Positions 1-7,339 of a DNA stretch of 64,000 nt are shown here, one piece after another. Location of the stretch: positions 3,526 through 67,525 of IMG/VR virus record IMGVR_UViG_3300017914_002582; one strand, 5' to 3'. The first letter of the stretch is position 1; each line of letters opens with the position of its first letter. Made by a program: the position numbers and the translations under genes. The stretch comes from a virus. Lineage: Duplodnaviria; Caudoviricetes. Under the pieces are notes generated by a model. It had not been told where the DNA came from. It did not search any database and was given only the letters and a program-made list of their open reading frames with translations.

Positions 1-2
1 AG

Positions 3-308
3 TTTGAAGGTGACGGATGGGAAGTGATGAGTGTATCGCCTGTTAAAGTGCCTGGTGCAAATACAGTTTATATCTTTAACACTAAAACAAACAAACTACA
101 AAAATATGTAGCAATCAATCGAACTGGATTGTCTGTCAAGGGGACAACAATCAAAGACTTCGATGATACAAAAAGTTTTCAGTTTACCATCAGAAAGGGT
201 AAACATCAAGAGGTGCTCAATTCTGCGGACTTTGATAAGTATGCAACTCGCAAGACTGCAGTCAATGGTCGAGTAAATGAGCATTGTGTAATTCTATCAG
301 TTAAATAA
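3..308 (+). CDS. Conserved phage hypothetical protein, 5' end outside the window
   Basis: The frame of ORF 24..308 is open back to position 3 (FEGDGWEV-M...). It lies upstream of gp33 in a gene-dense block. Confidence 0.7.
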   Translation, partial: FEGDGWEVMSVSPVKVPGANTVYIFNTKTNKLQKYVAINRTGLSVKGTTIKDFDDTKSFQFTIRKGKHQEVLNSADFDKYATRKTAVNGRVNEHCVILSVK

Positions 309-316
309 GAGGTATT

Positions 317-469
317 ATGAAAAATGAACATTTCAGAGTATTAGGATTAAGTTGTATTATACTTAATATAATATGTGGGCAGCTTGGCATGATTGGCGGT
401 ATAGAACACTACAGTACGCATTTTCTTATTGCAATTGCGTTATCTATTCCGTTGATTGCGGAGTATTGA
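317..469 (+). CDS. Small hydrophobic protein, 50 aa, probably membrane-associated
   Basis: Not in the ORF track. ATG at 317 follows AAGAGG, stop TGA at 467-469. MKNEHFRVLGLSCIILNIICGQLGMIGGIEHYSTHFLIAIALSIPLIAEY has two hydrophobic stretches and fills the gap exactly. Confidence 0.6.
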   Translation: MKNEHFRVLGLSCIILNIICGQLGMIGGIEHYSTHFLIAIALSIPLIAEY

Positions 470-470
470 T

Positions 471-629
471 ATGGGAAAAGGTATGACGCCCAAGAAGGGC
501 TACAATGATAAACTTTATAAACAGGCCTACGATGAGATCGATTGGTCAGCTCACAGAAAAGGAAAAAAAGATAATGGCACAAGAGAAGCCGACGATACCA
601 GTAGCATTCACAAAGAAATCACTAGCTGA
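471..629 (+). CDS. Small basic hypothetical protein, 52 aa (MGKGMTPKKGYNDKLYKQAYDEIDWS...)
   Basis: Not in the ORF track. ATG is 1 nt after the previous stop. The N-terminus resembles small MGKG...Y...W/D-I ORFs I recall from aquatic phages (recall only). It overlaps the gp33 start in another frame. Confidence 0.5.
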   Translation: MGKGMTPKKGYNDKLYKQAYDEIDWSAHRKGKKDNGTREADDTSSIHKEITS

Positions 630-825
630 AAAGGTATGTCTATTGGTACACACGGACGGACTGAAATATAGCGAAGCGTTAGTCGAGATATGCGAAGAAT
701 ATGAAATCGACCCACACGATATTGCTAAATTAGTGAAAGGGCCATTGAGGGCTAAATTAGAAGCAGAGGCAATGAGATACAATGTTATACCCAACACTCA
801 AGGAAACACGCTTGACTTCGCGTAA
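574..825 (+). CDS. gp33: Late transcription co-activator gp33
   Basis: FTKKSLAEKV...YSEALVEICEEYEIDPHDIAKLVKGPLRAKLEAEAMRYN matches the gp33 pattern, and the gp33-gp59-gp32 order is T4-like. ATG 574 is preferred over 505. Confidence 0.88.
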   Translation: MAQEKPTIPVAFTKKSLAEKVCLLVHTDGLKYSEALVEICEEYEIDPHDIAKLVKGPLRAKLEAEAMRYNVIPNTQGNTLDFA

Positions 826-1411
826 CAAGATTGAACCAGCAGAAGTTTGGAAGATAGTAGTTAATATACGAAAGCATTTTGATGAGACAAACTTCAATGC
901 AGTAAAGTATAACTTCAATGGATTAAAAAACTTAGACCTATCTAAAGCTGTAGGAAGTAGAGCGATCTACCCATGTACTAAACTTGCAAGGAATTATCCA
1001 GATAGAAATGAAGTAATCAAGTACTGTGCTGCAAACAATGCCGTTGGTAATACATGGATTAATGACATGACAGATGAACCATATCAACAGCTTAATGCAA
1101 AACTTCAATCTATGGCATATATATTCAAGAATGATTTAAAACAGTTTAGTACATTTAACGAAATGTTTGAAATAGATCAGATGCCTAAGATTGTAAATAA
1201 GTTACTTGAAGGTTCAGTAACACTTGAAACAGTTGCTATACTTGATTACATCTTAGACTTTACTACTACGTTGGATAAAGATGTAACAGACGTTCTAGTT
1301 TGGCCGTCACAAAAATCTTTGATAAGAAACTATAGGGCTTTTATTCCGTTATGGATAAATATAAAGAAGATGAAAAAAGTTGCTCTTTCGGTATTTACAA
1401 AAGGCAACTGA
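782..1411 (+). CDS. gp59: Helicase loader gp59
   Basis: EVWKIVVNIRKHF...FNAVKYN at the N-terminus and TLETVAILDYILDF...VWP near the end; sits between gp33 and gp32. The start is uncertain: ATG 782 lies inside gp33, and the recognisable part begins near 830. Confidence 0.85.
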   Translation: MLYPTLKETRLTSRNKIEPAEVWKIVVNIRKHFDETNFNAVKYNFNGLKNLDLSKAVGSRAIYPCTKLARNYPDRNEVIKYCAANNAVGNTWINDMTDEPYQQLNAKLQSMAYIFKNDLKQFSTFNEMFEIDQMPKIVNKLLEGSVTLETVAILDYILDFTTTLDKDVTDVLVWPSQKSLIRNYRAFIPLWINIKKMKKVALSVFTKGN

Positions 1412-1422
1412 TTTGTTATAAT
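1394..1422 (+). promoter_or_regulatory. Sigma70-type promoter for gp32
   Basis: TTTACA (1394-1399), 17 nt spacer, TATAAT (1417-1422), with an extended -10 TG at 1414-1415. Confidence 0.8.
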
Positions 1423-1481
1423 ATACACATAATAAAAAAACATACATTGCATATACATTGTAAAATATAGGAGATACATAT

Positions 1482-2393
1482 ATGTCATTCAGTAACATGA
1501 AAGCAGCTAGAGACACCACAATCAATAAATTGTTAGCTGCGGCCGAACAGGCAGGTGGTGGAGAGAAAAAGTCTTATGTAGATGACCGTAAGTGGAAGCC
1601 TACAGTAGACAAAGCGGGTAACGGTTACGCTGTTATTCGTTTCTTACCAGCAGCAGAAGGTCAAGATGTTCCATGGGTTCGTTATTGGGATCACGGTTTC
1701 AAAGGGCCGACTGGTCGTTGGTATATCGAAAAGTCTTTGACTTCTATCGGTAAAGACGATCCTGTTTCAGAACTGAACTCACAGCTATGGAATTCAGGCC
1801 ATGAAGAAGATAAAAACATTGCACGGGCACGTAAGCGTCGATTACATTATGTATCGAATGTTTTCGTTGTAAGTGATCCTGCTAATCCAGAAAACGAAGG
1901 CAAGGTATTCTTGTTTGAGTATGGTAAGAAAATCTTTGACAAACTGATGGATGTTATGCAACCGCAGTTTGAAGATGAACAGCCAATCAACCCATTTGAT
2001 TTTTGGGGTGGTGCTGACTTCAAGTTGAAGATTCGTAATGTAGAGGGTTATCGTAACTATGATAAGTCAGAGTTTTCATCAGCATCAGAGTTTCTTGGTG
2101 GCGATGATGCTAAACTAGAAGCTGTATATAACAAGTTACATGACCTTGGTGAATTCACCGACCCAGCTAATTACAAGTCTTACTCGGAACTTCAAAAGAA
2201 GTTGTTTGAAGTAATTGGTGAACAAGCAGTACAATCTACTTTGTCTACTGCAGAATCGGTTTCACTTGATGAGAGTGACGACATTCCAATGAACTTCTCG
2301 TCTGACCCAAAACCTGCAGAAAGTACACCTGCAAGTAATAATGACGATGACGACGCAATGAGTTTCTTTGCTAAGTTAGCACAAGAAGACTAA
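1482..2393 (+). CDS. gp32: Single-stranded DNA-binding protein gp32
   Basis: DDRKWKPTVDKAGNGYAVIRFLPA, YWDHGFKG, NPFDFWGGADFKLKIR, acidic C-terminal tail; GGAG RBS upstream. Confidence 0.97.
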   Translation: MSFSNMKAARDTTINKLLAAAEQAGGGEKKSYVDDRKWKPTVDKAGNGYAVIRFLPAAEGQDVPWVRYWDHGFKGPTGRWYIEKSLTSIGKDDPVSELNSQLWNSGHEEDKNIARARKRRLHYVSNVFVVSDPANPENEGKVFLFEYGKKIFDKLMDVMQPQFEDEQPINPFDFWGGADFKLKIRNVEGYRNYDKSEFSSASEFLGGDDAKLEAVYNKLHDLGEFTDPANYKSYSELQKKLFEVIGEQAVQSTLSTAESVSLDESDDIPMNFSSDPKPAESTPASNNDDDDAMSFFAKLAQED

Positions 2394-2418
2394 TAAGACA
2401 AACATTAAAAAAGAGGAG

Positions 2419-2449
2419 CCATCTCACAAATGTGTGGGATGGTTTTTTT
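2419..2449 (+). terminator. Intrinsic terminator after gp32
   Basis: CCATCTCACA-AATG-TGTGGGATGG, a 10 bp stem with one G:U pair, followed by T7. Confidence 0.85.
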
Positions 2450-2785
2450 ATCTATAACGGCCGTTTGATGGATTCGCGGTGTGACAAATTGTCTCAGAAA
2501 AAAAATGCATTTTTAGCATATTTTCTCTTTACATTCTACGGTTCCTAGTGTATATTAAATATATGATAAAAAAGATTATAACATTAGAAGGCAAAACACG
2601 CCACGGAAAAAATCGGATTAGGGAGCATGGAGCTATCTGGTCTCTTGAGGAAATAAAGGTTAGTCCAGCACCGTCTGCTCTATTTGTAAAATCACTAAAA
2701 TCTGGAGTTAAACGATGGATTGTTCAACCGACCGATGAACATTTTGATGTTGTCGCAGAAGAGGAAGTTATCTGTAACGGCCGTT
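2448..2785. repeat. 18 bp imperfect direct repeat flanking a 320 bp cassette
   Basis: TTATCTATAACGGCCGTT (2448-2465) and TTATCTGTAACGGCCGTT (2768-2785), 17/18 identical. Confidence 0.8.
2528..2556 (+). promoter_or_regulatory. Sigma70-type early promoter of the cassette ORF
   Basis: TTTACA (2528-2533), 17 nt, TATATT (2551-2556), with A/T tracts upstream. The ATG at 2563 sits at the expected +1. Confidence 0.7.
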
Positions 2786-2787
2786 AG
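2563..2787 (+). CDS. Small hypothetical protein, 74 aa (MIKKIITLEGKTRHGKNRIREHG...)
   Basis: ORF track 2548..2787 (GTG start lies inside the promoter); ATG 2563 preferred. Has its own promoter and converges on the tape measure gene. Confidence 0.75.
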   Translation: MIKKIITLEGKTRHGKNRIREHGAIWSLEEIKVSPAPSALFVKSLKSGVKRWIVQPTDEHFDVVAEEEVICNGR

Positions 2788-4657
2788 TTACAGAAGATTT
2801 AGTCCGATTAATGTGAGACATATTGCCGATAATTGTTGTACTGTTATCGTTTGTAGTTGATGCCGATGACACTGGTGCACTTACAACAACTGGTACAGGA
2901 TTAGCCATCATCATTCCAGACATCATCATATTATCAGATTGAGTCTGTTCCATAATAGCACCAGTGGATACTTGTGGATTAATCACACCGATTGAATCTT
3001 GTAATGCTTTAAGTTTTACTTCATCAATCTTTTCAATACCCTTTGCAACTACTTCTATTGCTTCCTTTAGACCTTTTTTAATATTGCCTGTTGAGAATTT
3101 ATCTCCGACCTCTTTAAGTTTTTCCATTGCTGTAATTAATCTTTCAAGACCATCAGCAGCTTGTTGGAGTCCTGGGCCTGCTTTACCTAATTCCCCGATT
3201 TTCTCAAGAGGACTTTTGGCTTGTCCAAAAGTAAAGAGTTTAGTAAGACCTTCACCAACATTCGATAACAGATTCCCCACAGTAAGAGCAGTCAAACCAG
3301 CTGCAAGTGAAATTAATCCGCCGCCGATCGCAGCTAAGTTAAGTGCATCAATATCATTAAAGTTTTGTAACTCGACACCTAACTTACCTATGTTTTCAAC
3401 TGCAGAACCAATGAAGTCAGATACAGTATTTGCAATACTCTTAAAACTTTTAACTAAGTCTTCTAATAGACTACCAGCAAAATCTGCAAGTATAGGAAGA
3501 AGTCTTTCTATTGCTGGCCCTAGTTGTTCATTAATTGCTCTACCAAATATTTCAAATGCTTTAGCTGCAGGAATCATTGCTAAACCAAGAAGTCCTATTG
3601 CAGCTGCACCAATCAACATCGGAACAGACGCTGCACTTAGTGCTAGGGAAGCTACAACTAAACCAGCTAAGACGGTAATTCCTACGCCAACTGCTTTCCA
3701 TGATACCTCACCGAACATTTGAAAAGCCTTTGCAGCTGGGATTAATGATGCACCAATTGCAGCCATTGCTAAAGCACCTTTAATTACTTTTGCAAAGTTT
3801 TTACCAACTGCAGCAAATCCTTTACCGATACCCGATACAATACCTCCGATAAGACCACCAAAACCTTTTCCTAAAGCCCCTAATCCCTTAAGAGCAGAGG
3901 GTACTTTACCTCCACCACCAGTTGAAGCATCAGCAGTGTCGTCACCAGTGCTACCCATTGTCGTATCTCTAACCGGCTTGAATTGAAGCTTCTTGACATA
4001 ATCAGCAATAAGTGAGATGTCTCCTCCGATTCTATTCTGCCCAAAGACATCATCTACTAAGAAACGAAGATCGTTTACTTCTTCAGCTACTTGGGTTAAA
4101 CCAGCATCAGCAGTGTCATTCAATGTTTGGAGAAATGGCGTGATTGCATTGTCGTTTGTGGTCTCTATTTCAGCACCAGAGGTTTCTACCTTAAGAGTTT
4201 CAACAGGAGTTTCGATTTGTCTTGTAGGTGTAGTAAGTGCATCAAGATATGTATTTAACATCTCTTTTGCTACATCTTTAATTTCCATTGTCTCTTCTAT
4301 GAGAATGGTAAACAAATCTTCCAATGGTGCTAGACTATCGCGGAATGCAGAGCTAAGACCTTGGCCATCTATTCCTTTAGGTTGTTTAAGACCCTTTAAG
4401 AATTCAAATGGTTTCTTTATAAAGCTTGGGACTAAATCCGAAAGGCTGGACTTCAAAGAATCAATACCCATTGCAAGTTGTTTAGCAGGATTAAGAGCTT
4501 CTGCAACATTGGTAATAGCATCAGAGGCACTTTCTCCGACTTGTTTTATTGCAGATGCAACACCACTTGCAGAACCAGCGCGTTTGTTAGCGCTCTTAAG
4601 TTCTTTAACAACTTCAGATAATTCTTTTACTACTTCTGTTATCGGTTCTTCTGCCAT
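2768..4657 (-). CDS. gp29: Tape measure / baseplate hub protein, gp29-like
   Basis: 629 aa, helical and Ala/Gly/Leu-rich with a hydrophobic central segment. Lies directly downstream of gp26/gp51 and is close in size to T4 gp29. The call rests on position and composition. Confidence 0.7.
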   Translation of the reverse strand: MAEEPITEVVKELSEVVKELKSANKRAGSASGVASAIKQVGESASDAITNVAEALNPAKQLAMGIDSLKSSLSDLVPSFIKKPFEFLKGLKQPKGIDGQGLSSAFRDSLAPLEDLFTILIEETMEIKDVAKEMLNTYLDALTTPTRQIETPVETLKVETSGAEIETTNDNAITPFLQTLNDTADAGLTQVAEEVNDLRFLVDDVFGQNRIGGDISLIADYVKKLQFKPVRDTTMGSTGDDTADASTGGGGKVPSALKGLGALGKGFGGLIGGIVSGIGKGFAAVGKNFAKVIKGALAMAAIGASLIPAAKAFQMFGEVSWKAVGVGITVLAGLVVASLALSAASVPMLIGAAAIGLLGLAMIPAAKAFEIFGRAINEQLGPAIERLLPILADFAGSLLEDLVKSFKSIANTVSDFIGSAVENIGKLGVELQNFNDIDALNLAAIGGGLISLAAGLTALTVGNLLSNVGEGLTKLFTFGQAKSPLEKIGELGKAGPGLQQAADGLERLITAMEKLKEVGDKFSTGNIKKGLKEAIEVVAKGIEKIDEVKLKALQDSIGVINPQVSTGAIMEQTQSDNMMMSGMMMANPVPVVVSAPVSSASTTNDNSTTIIGNMSHINRTKSSVTNGRYR

Positions 4658-4848
4658 TACATTCCCTTAGATTGCTGTTTAATCCTTTCGTTTTCTTTTT
4701 CGATGTGGTTCATTAACATTGCCACATATATTTGCCTTTCCCATGGCAACATATTATCTAGTTCGGTCAGACTATACTGATGGTGTTGCATCATCGAAAA
4801 ATTAGTCTGATAATGATTCGCTAAAGTATCATGTGAAAGGCCTATCCG
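4657..4848 (-). CDS. gp51: gp51-like baseplate hub assembly segment, probably reached by -1 frameshift from gp26
   Basis: Not in the ORF track. Reads RIGLSHDTLANHYQTNFSMMQHHQYSLTELDNMLPWERQIYVAMLMNHIEKENERIKQQSKGM*, and MMQHHxYSLTELxNMxPWERxIY is the gp51-like signature. The first ATG is at 4794; the stop overlaps the gp29 ATG (TAATG). Confidence 0.8.
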   Translation of the reverse strand, partial: RIGLSHDTLANHYQTNFSMMQHHQYSLTELDNMLPWERQIYVAMLMNHIEKENERIKQQSKGM

Positions 4849-5540
4849 AAAAAATCTTGCAACCCCCTTAATGTTACTTCGTTTTTAGTTTTGCACTCTG
4901 GACACTGAAAAACAAGGTCGTGAGATAGCGTGGGTAAATTTTCAATATACGCTTGAATCTGACTAATCTGATCGTGGTTTAATGAATCGATAAACTCAAC
5001 AAGCTCAGCTGAAGACGTATCATCTGCAGGATATATTTTGTCATCATCAAAGATGGTATCAATTACTGAACACAACACCTTTGTAATGTCATCGGTATCA
5101 GCAGTTAAACCAGTTGCGTGTTTTAGGCCAACTGGACGTAAGGTAATGCCAATCCGATCTGTCAGTTGAATCTTACTATCAACTTCCTTATCTGAATTTC
5201 TAACTCTTACATCAGATAAAGATAGTTTCACCTTTGTCATGTGTTCGCACTCTTTACACTTTAACATAAACTCTACCAATTCTCCGACACTCTTAGAACG
5301 AAACTGAATAAACAGATATTCCGCGTCATATAGTGTTAGATCATTTGGGTTTACTTTGTTGTATGTACATGATTTAATAATACTTTTCATGGCATTAATG
5401 ATATTATCAGTATCATTTGTTTCTTGTGCCATCATAAGAATTTTTTCTTCCTTTACTAAGAAAGGGCGATACTCAATAACCTTACCCGATGAGGGGATAG
5501 TTATTTCGTATGTTGGTGTTTCTAGTTTTGGTAGTGCCAT
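4842..5540 (-). CDS. gp26: Baseplate hub assembly protein gp26
   Basis: MALPKLETPTYEITIPSSGKVIEYRPFLVKEEKILMMAQE, two CxxC pairs (CKEC, CPEC), C-terminal GLQDFFG. Confidence 0.93.
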   Translation of the reverse strand: MALPKLETPTYEITIPSSGKVIEYRPFLVKEEKILMMAQETNDTDNIINAMKSIIKSCTYNKVNPNDLTLYDAEYLFIQFRSKSVGELVEFMLKCKECEHMTKVKLSLSDVRVRNSDKEVDSKIQLTDRIGITLRPVGLKHATGLTADTDDITKVLCSVIDTIFDDDKIYPADDTSSAELVEFIDSLNHDQISQIQAYIENLPTLSHDLVFQCPECKTKNEVTLRGLQDFFG

Positions 5541-5560
5541 AATTTATTTCCTTTTATAAT

Positions 5561-6250
5561 TTAAAATAGGTTCCTAACATTATCTAGTAACCCTTTTCCG
5601 CCTGAAAGTAGAGAACTCAATCCACCTTCTTGTTTAAAGTCTCTGTATGTAAAATTGACAGTAACTTTTTGTACTGAATCTGTAGCTGTGTTATCTAACG
5701 TAATTGCACTAACACTAGTTGGATATGCATCTAGAAGTTTTACACCGTACGCAACACGATTGACACTATCTAATTGTTGGATAATTACGTCTGACACATA
5801 TTCTTTTCTATATTTTGAAGTATAATTATTTTGGTCAATAATACTGTTTATCCAATTTGTAAATGTTTTTACAATATAATAATCATTTGTAATAAGAAAA
5901 GTCATTTGCACGTCGTCGTTTTGATAACCTGTAGCGTATTTGATCGACTGTGCATATCCTCTATAGCTATGGTCAATAGTGACCAAAGACCTGCCGGGGA
6001 TAGAACAAGACTCACATAGTAGTGCTACGTCCCGCGGGTCGTTTATAAAGTCATTAAGACCTAAGTTACCAGTCAATGTTTGTTGTAGAAGACCCTGCCA
6101 GTCTTTATTAATAAATGTTCCTGATGGCGGGGTGATAATTACATTGAATCTGTTTTGCCGAGCAAGTCCTGTTCTTTTACCGATTACCGATTTAAGATCA
6201 TCGATTGAACTTGGGTTTACAAAATTTGAAATAGAATCTAAAAGTGACAT
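5561..6250 (-). CDS. Tail tube-like baseplate protein (gp54/gp19 family)
   Basis: LARQNRFNV, LLCESCSIPG, YGVKLLDAYPTSVSAITLD, VTVNFTYR are tail tube family motifs. Confidence 0.85.
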   Translation of the reverse strand: MSLLDSISNFVNPSSIDDLKSVIGKRTGLARQNRFNVIITPPSGTFINKDWQGLLQQTLTGNLGLNDFINDPRDVALLCESCSIPGRSLVTIDHSYRGYAQSIKYATGYQNDDVQMTFLITNDYYIVKTFTNWINSIIDQNNYTSKYRKEYVSDVIIQQLDSVNRVAYGVKLLDAYPTSVSAITLDNTATDSVQKVTVNFTYRDFKQEGGLSSLLSGGKGLLDNVRNLF

Positions 6251-6837
6251 TAAATCATCCTCCGACTATCTGAAAATACTTTAGACTTACTAGCCTTTTT
6301 AAACTGTTCGCTTGGGAAGAAACATGCAACTTCCCAGTATTCTGCTGGAATTTCTCTTAATGGACTTCTTATCTGGCTGGGTAAATAATGTTTAAAACAA
6401 GGTTTAAATGCTCTAAGTTTTCCACTACTTTTTAATAAACTATAACTAAGTCTTAATCTTGTAGACTCGTCAAATTTTTTATTTGTAGAATAGTCTAATA
6501 ATTTTTGAAGAAGGATTGCTCTTTTACGATAATCAAGATAATGTAGGTTTAATCCGTAAAACCCACTATTAGGCGCCTTCTCTACAATGAGTGTTAAAGG
6601 AAAACGGTCGTAGTAGGGTAAAGTATCTTTATATTTTGGGTCATAAAAATACATAAACATTCTGCCTGGAAGTAATCTACCACGTTTAATAGTTTCATCA
6701 TCTCTCAGCAAAGCTTTACGGTTTACAGTTAAATCACTTAACTGATCTAAATACCAACTACGAGCCTTACTGGTGTAAGACTGTATTTCATTAAAGGATA
6801 AACCACCTTCAAACTTTTTTAATAGAGAAACTGCCAT
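6250..6837 (-). CDS. gp2: DNA end protector protein gp2
   Basis: GRMFMYFYDPKYKDTLPYYDRFPL, FYGLNLHYL, FKPCFKHYL. Confidence 0.95.
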   Translation of the reverse strand: MAVSLLKKFEGGLSFNEIQSYTSKARSWYLDQLSDLTVNRKALLRDDETIKRGRLLPGRMFMYFYDPKYKDTLPYYDRFPLTLIVEKAPNSGFYGLNLHYLDYRKRAILLQKLLDYSTNKKFDESTRLRLSYSLLKSSGKLRAFKPCFKHYLPSQIRSPLREIPAEYWEVACFFPSEQFKKASKSKVFSDSRRMI

Positions 6838-6842
6838 GTCTC

Positions 6843-6850
6843 TATTTATG
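6843..6850 (-). promoter_or_regulatory. Late promoter variant CATAAATA upstream of gp2
   Basis: One mismatch to TATAAATA; ends 6 nt from the gp2 ATG, the same spacing as other late promoters here. Confidence 0.55.
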
Positions 6851-7292
6851 TATTTAATAGGCGAATACCTAGACTTTTAAGAGTGTTTTCAGTGAAGATT
6901 TGAAACTCCCAACCTCTATGTTTACAGTACTTTCTTGCAGCTTCCCATTTTGATATATTTTTTCCGTAAGTGAGAACCTCTTTAAGATATTTTTGAGTTT
7001 TTCGTTTACCTTTTTCTGGTGGCTTTGTTTGATGATCTGGTTTTATTTCAATAAGAACCACACGCCCGTCTTTAAATTTTACTTTCACATCTACAAAATA
7101 TCGATGCATACGATTATCAGTTTTACATCTATAAGGTATGACAACCGATTCAGAAGACCATCTTACTACTTCGTCTCTTTCTTCACACCACCGAAAAAAC
7201 TGTCTTTCCCACAAAGAGCGGTACACTACATTATTAAAGTCGCCGTCATACTTTTCTGGTTTCTTAACTTTATATTTACCACGATAAGCCAT
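6846..7292 (-). CDS. gp4: Head completion nuclease gp4
   Basis: MAYRGKYK...KY.GD..NVVYRSLWER, WSSE.VVIPY, HRYFVD, EIKP, NISKWEAA; adjacent to gp2. Confidence 0.95.
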   Translation of the reverse strand: MAYRGKYKVKKPEKYDGDFNNVVYRSLWERQFFRWCEERDEVVRWSSESVVIPYRCKTDNRMHRYFVDVKVKFKDGRVVLIEIKPDHQTKPPEKGKRKTQKYLKEVLTYGKNISKWEAARKYCKHRGWEFQIFTENTLKSLGIRLLNT

Positions 7293-7301
7293 ATTGTTTC
7301 C

Positions 7302-7327
7302 TATAAATAGAGTTACAACTATTTATA
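7302..7327. promoter_or_regulatory. Pair of T4-type late promoters in inverted orientation
   Basis: TATAAATA at 7302-7309 (+, toward gp48) and TATTTATA at 7320-7327 (-, toward gp4). Confidence 0.85.
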
Positions 7328-7339
7328 AGGGTAAAGACT

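Noticed and set aside
782-832. Non-AUG (ATT 830) start for gp59
   Set aside because: The recognisable part begins near 830, but the in-frame ATG at 782 explains the gene and no RBS supports ATT; this cannot be decided from sequence.
2964-4670. Long plus-strand ORFs 2964..3722 (252 aa) and 4017..4670 (217 aa)
   Set aside because: They are antisense shadows of the gp29-like gene, with Ser/Pro/Ala-rich composition typical of reverse-read codons and no RBS or motif.
6846-7292. gp4 read as a TnsA-like transposase or homing endonuclease
   Set aside because: The fold is shared, but sequence and position next to gp2 match the core head-completion gene; no terminal repeats or target duplication.
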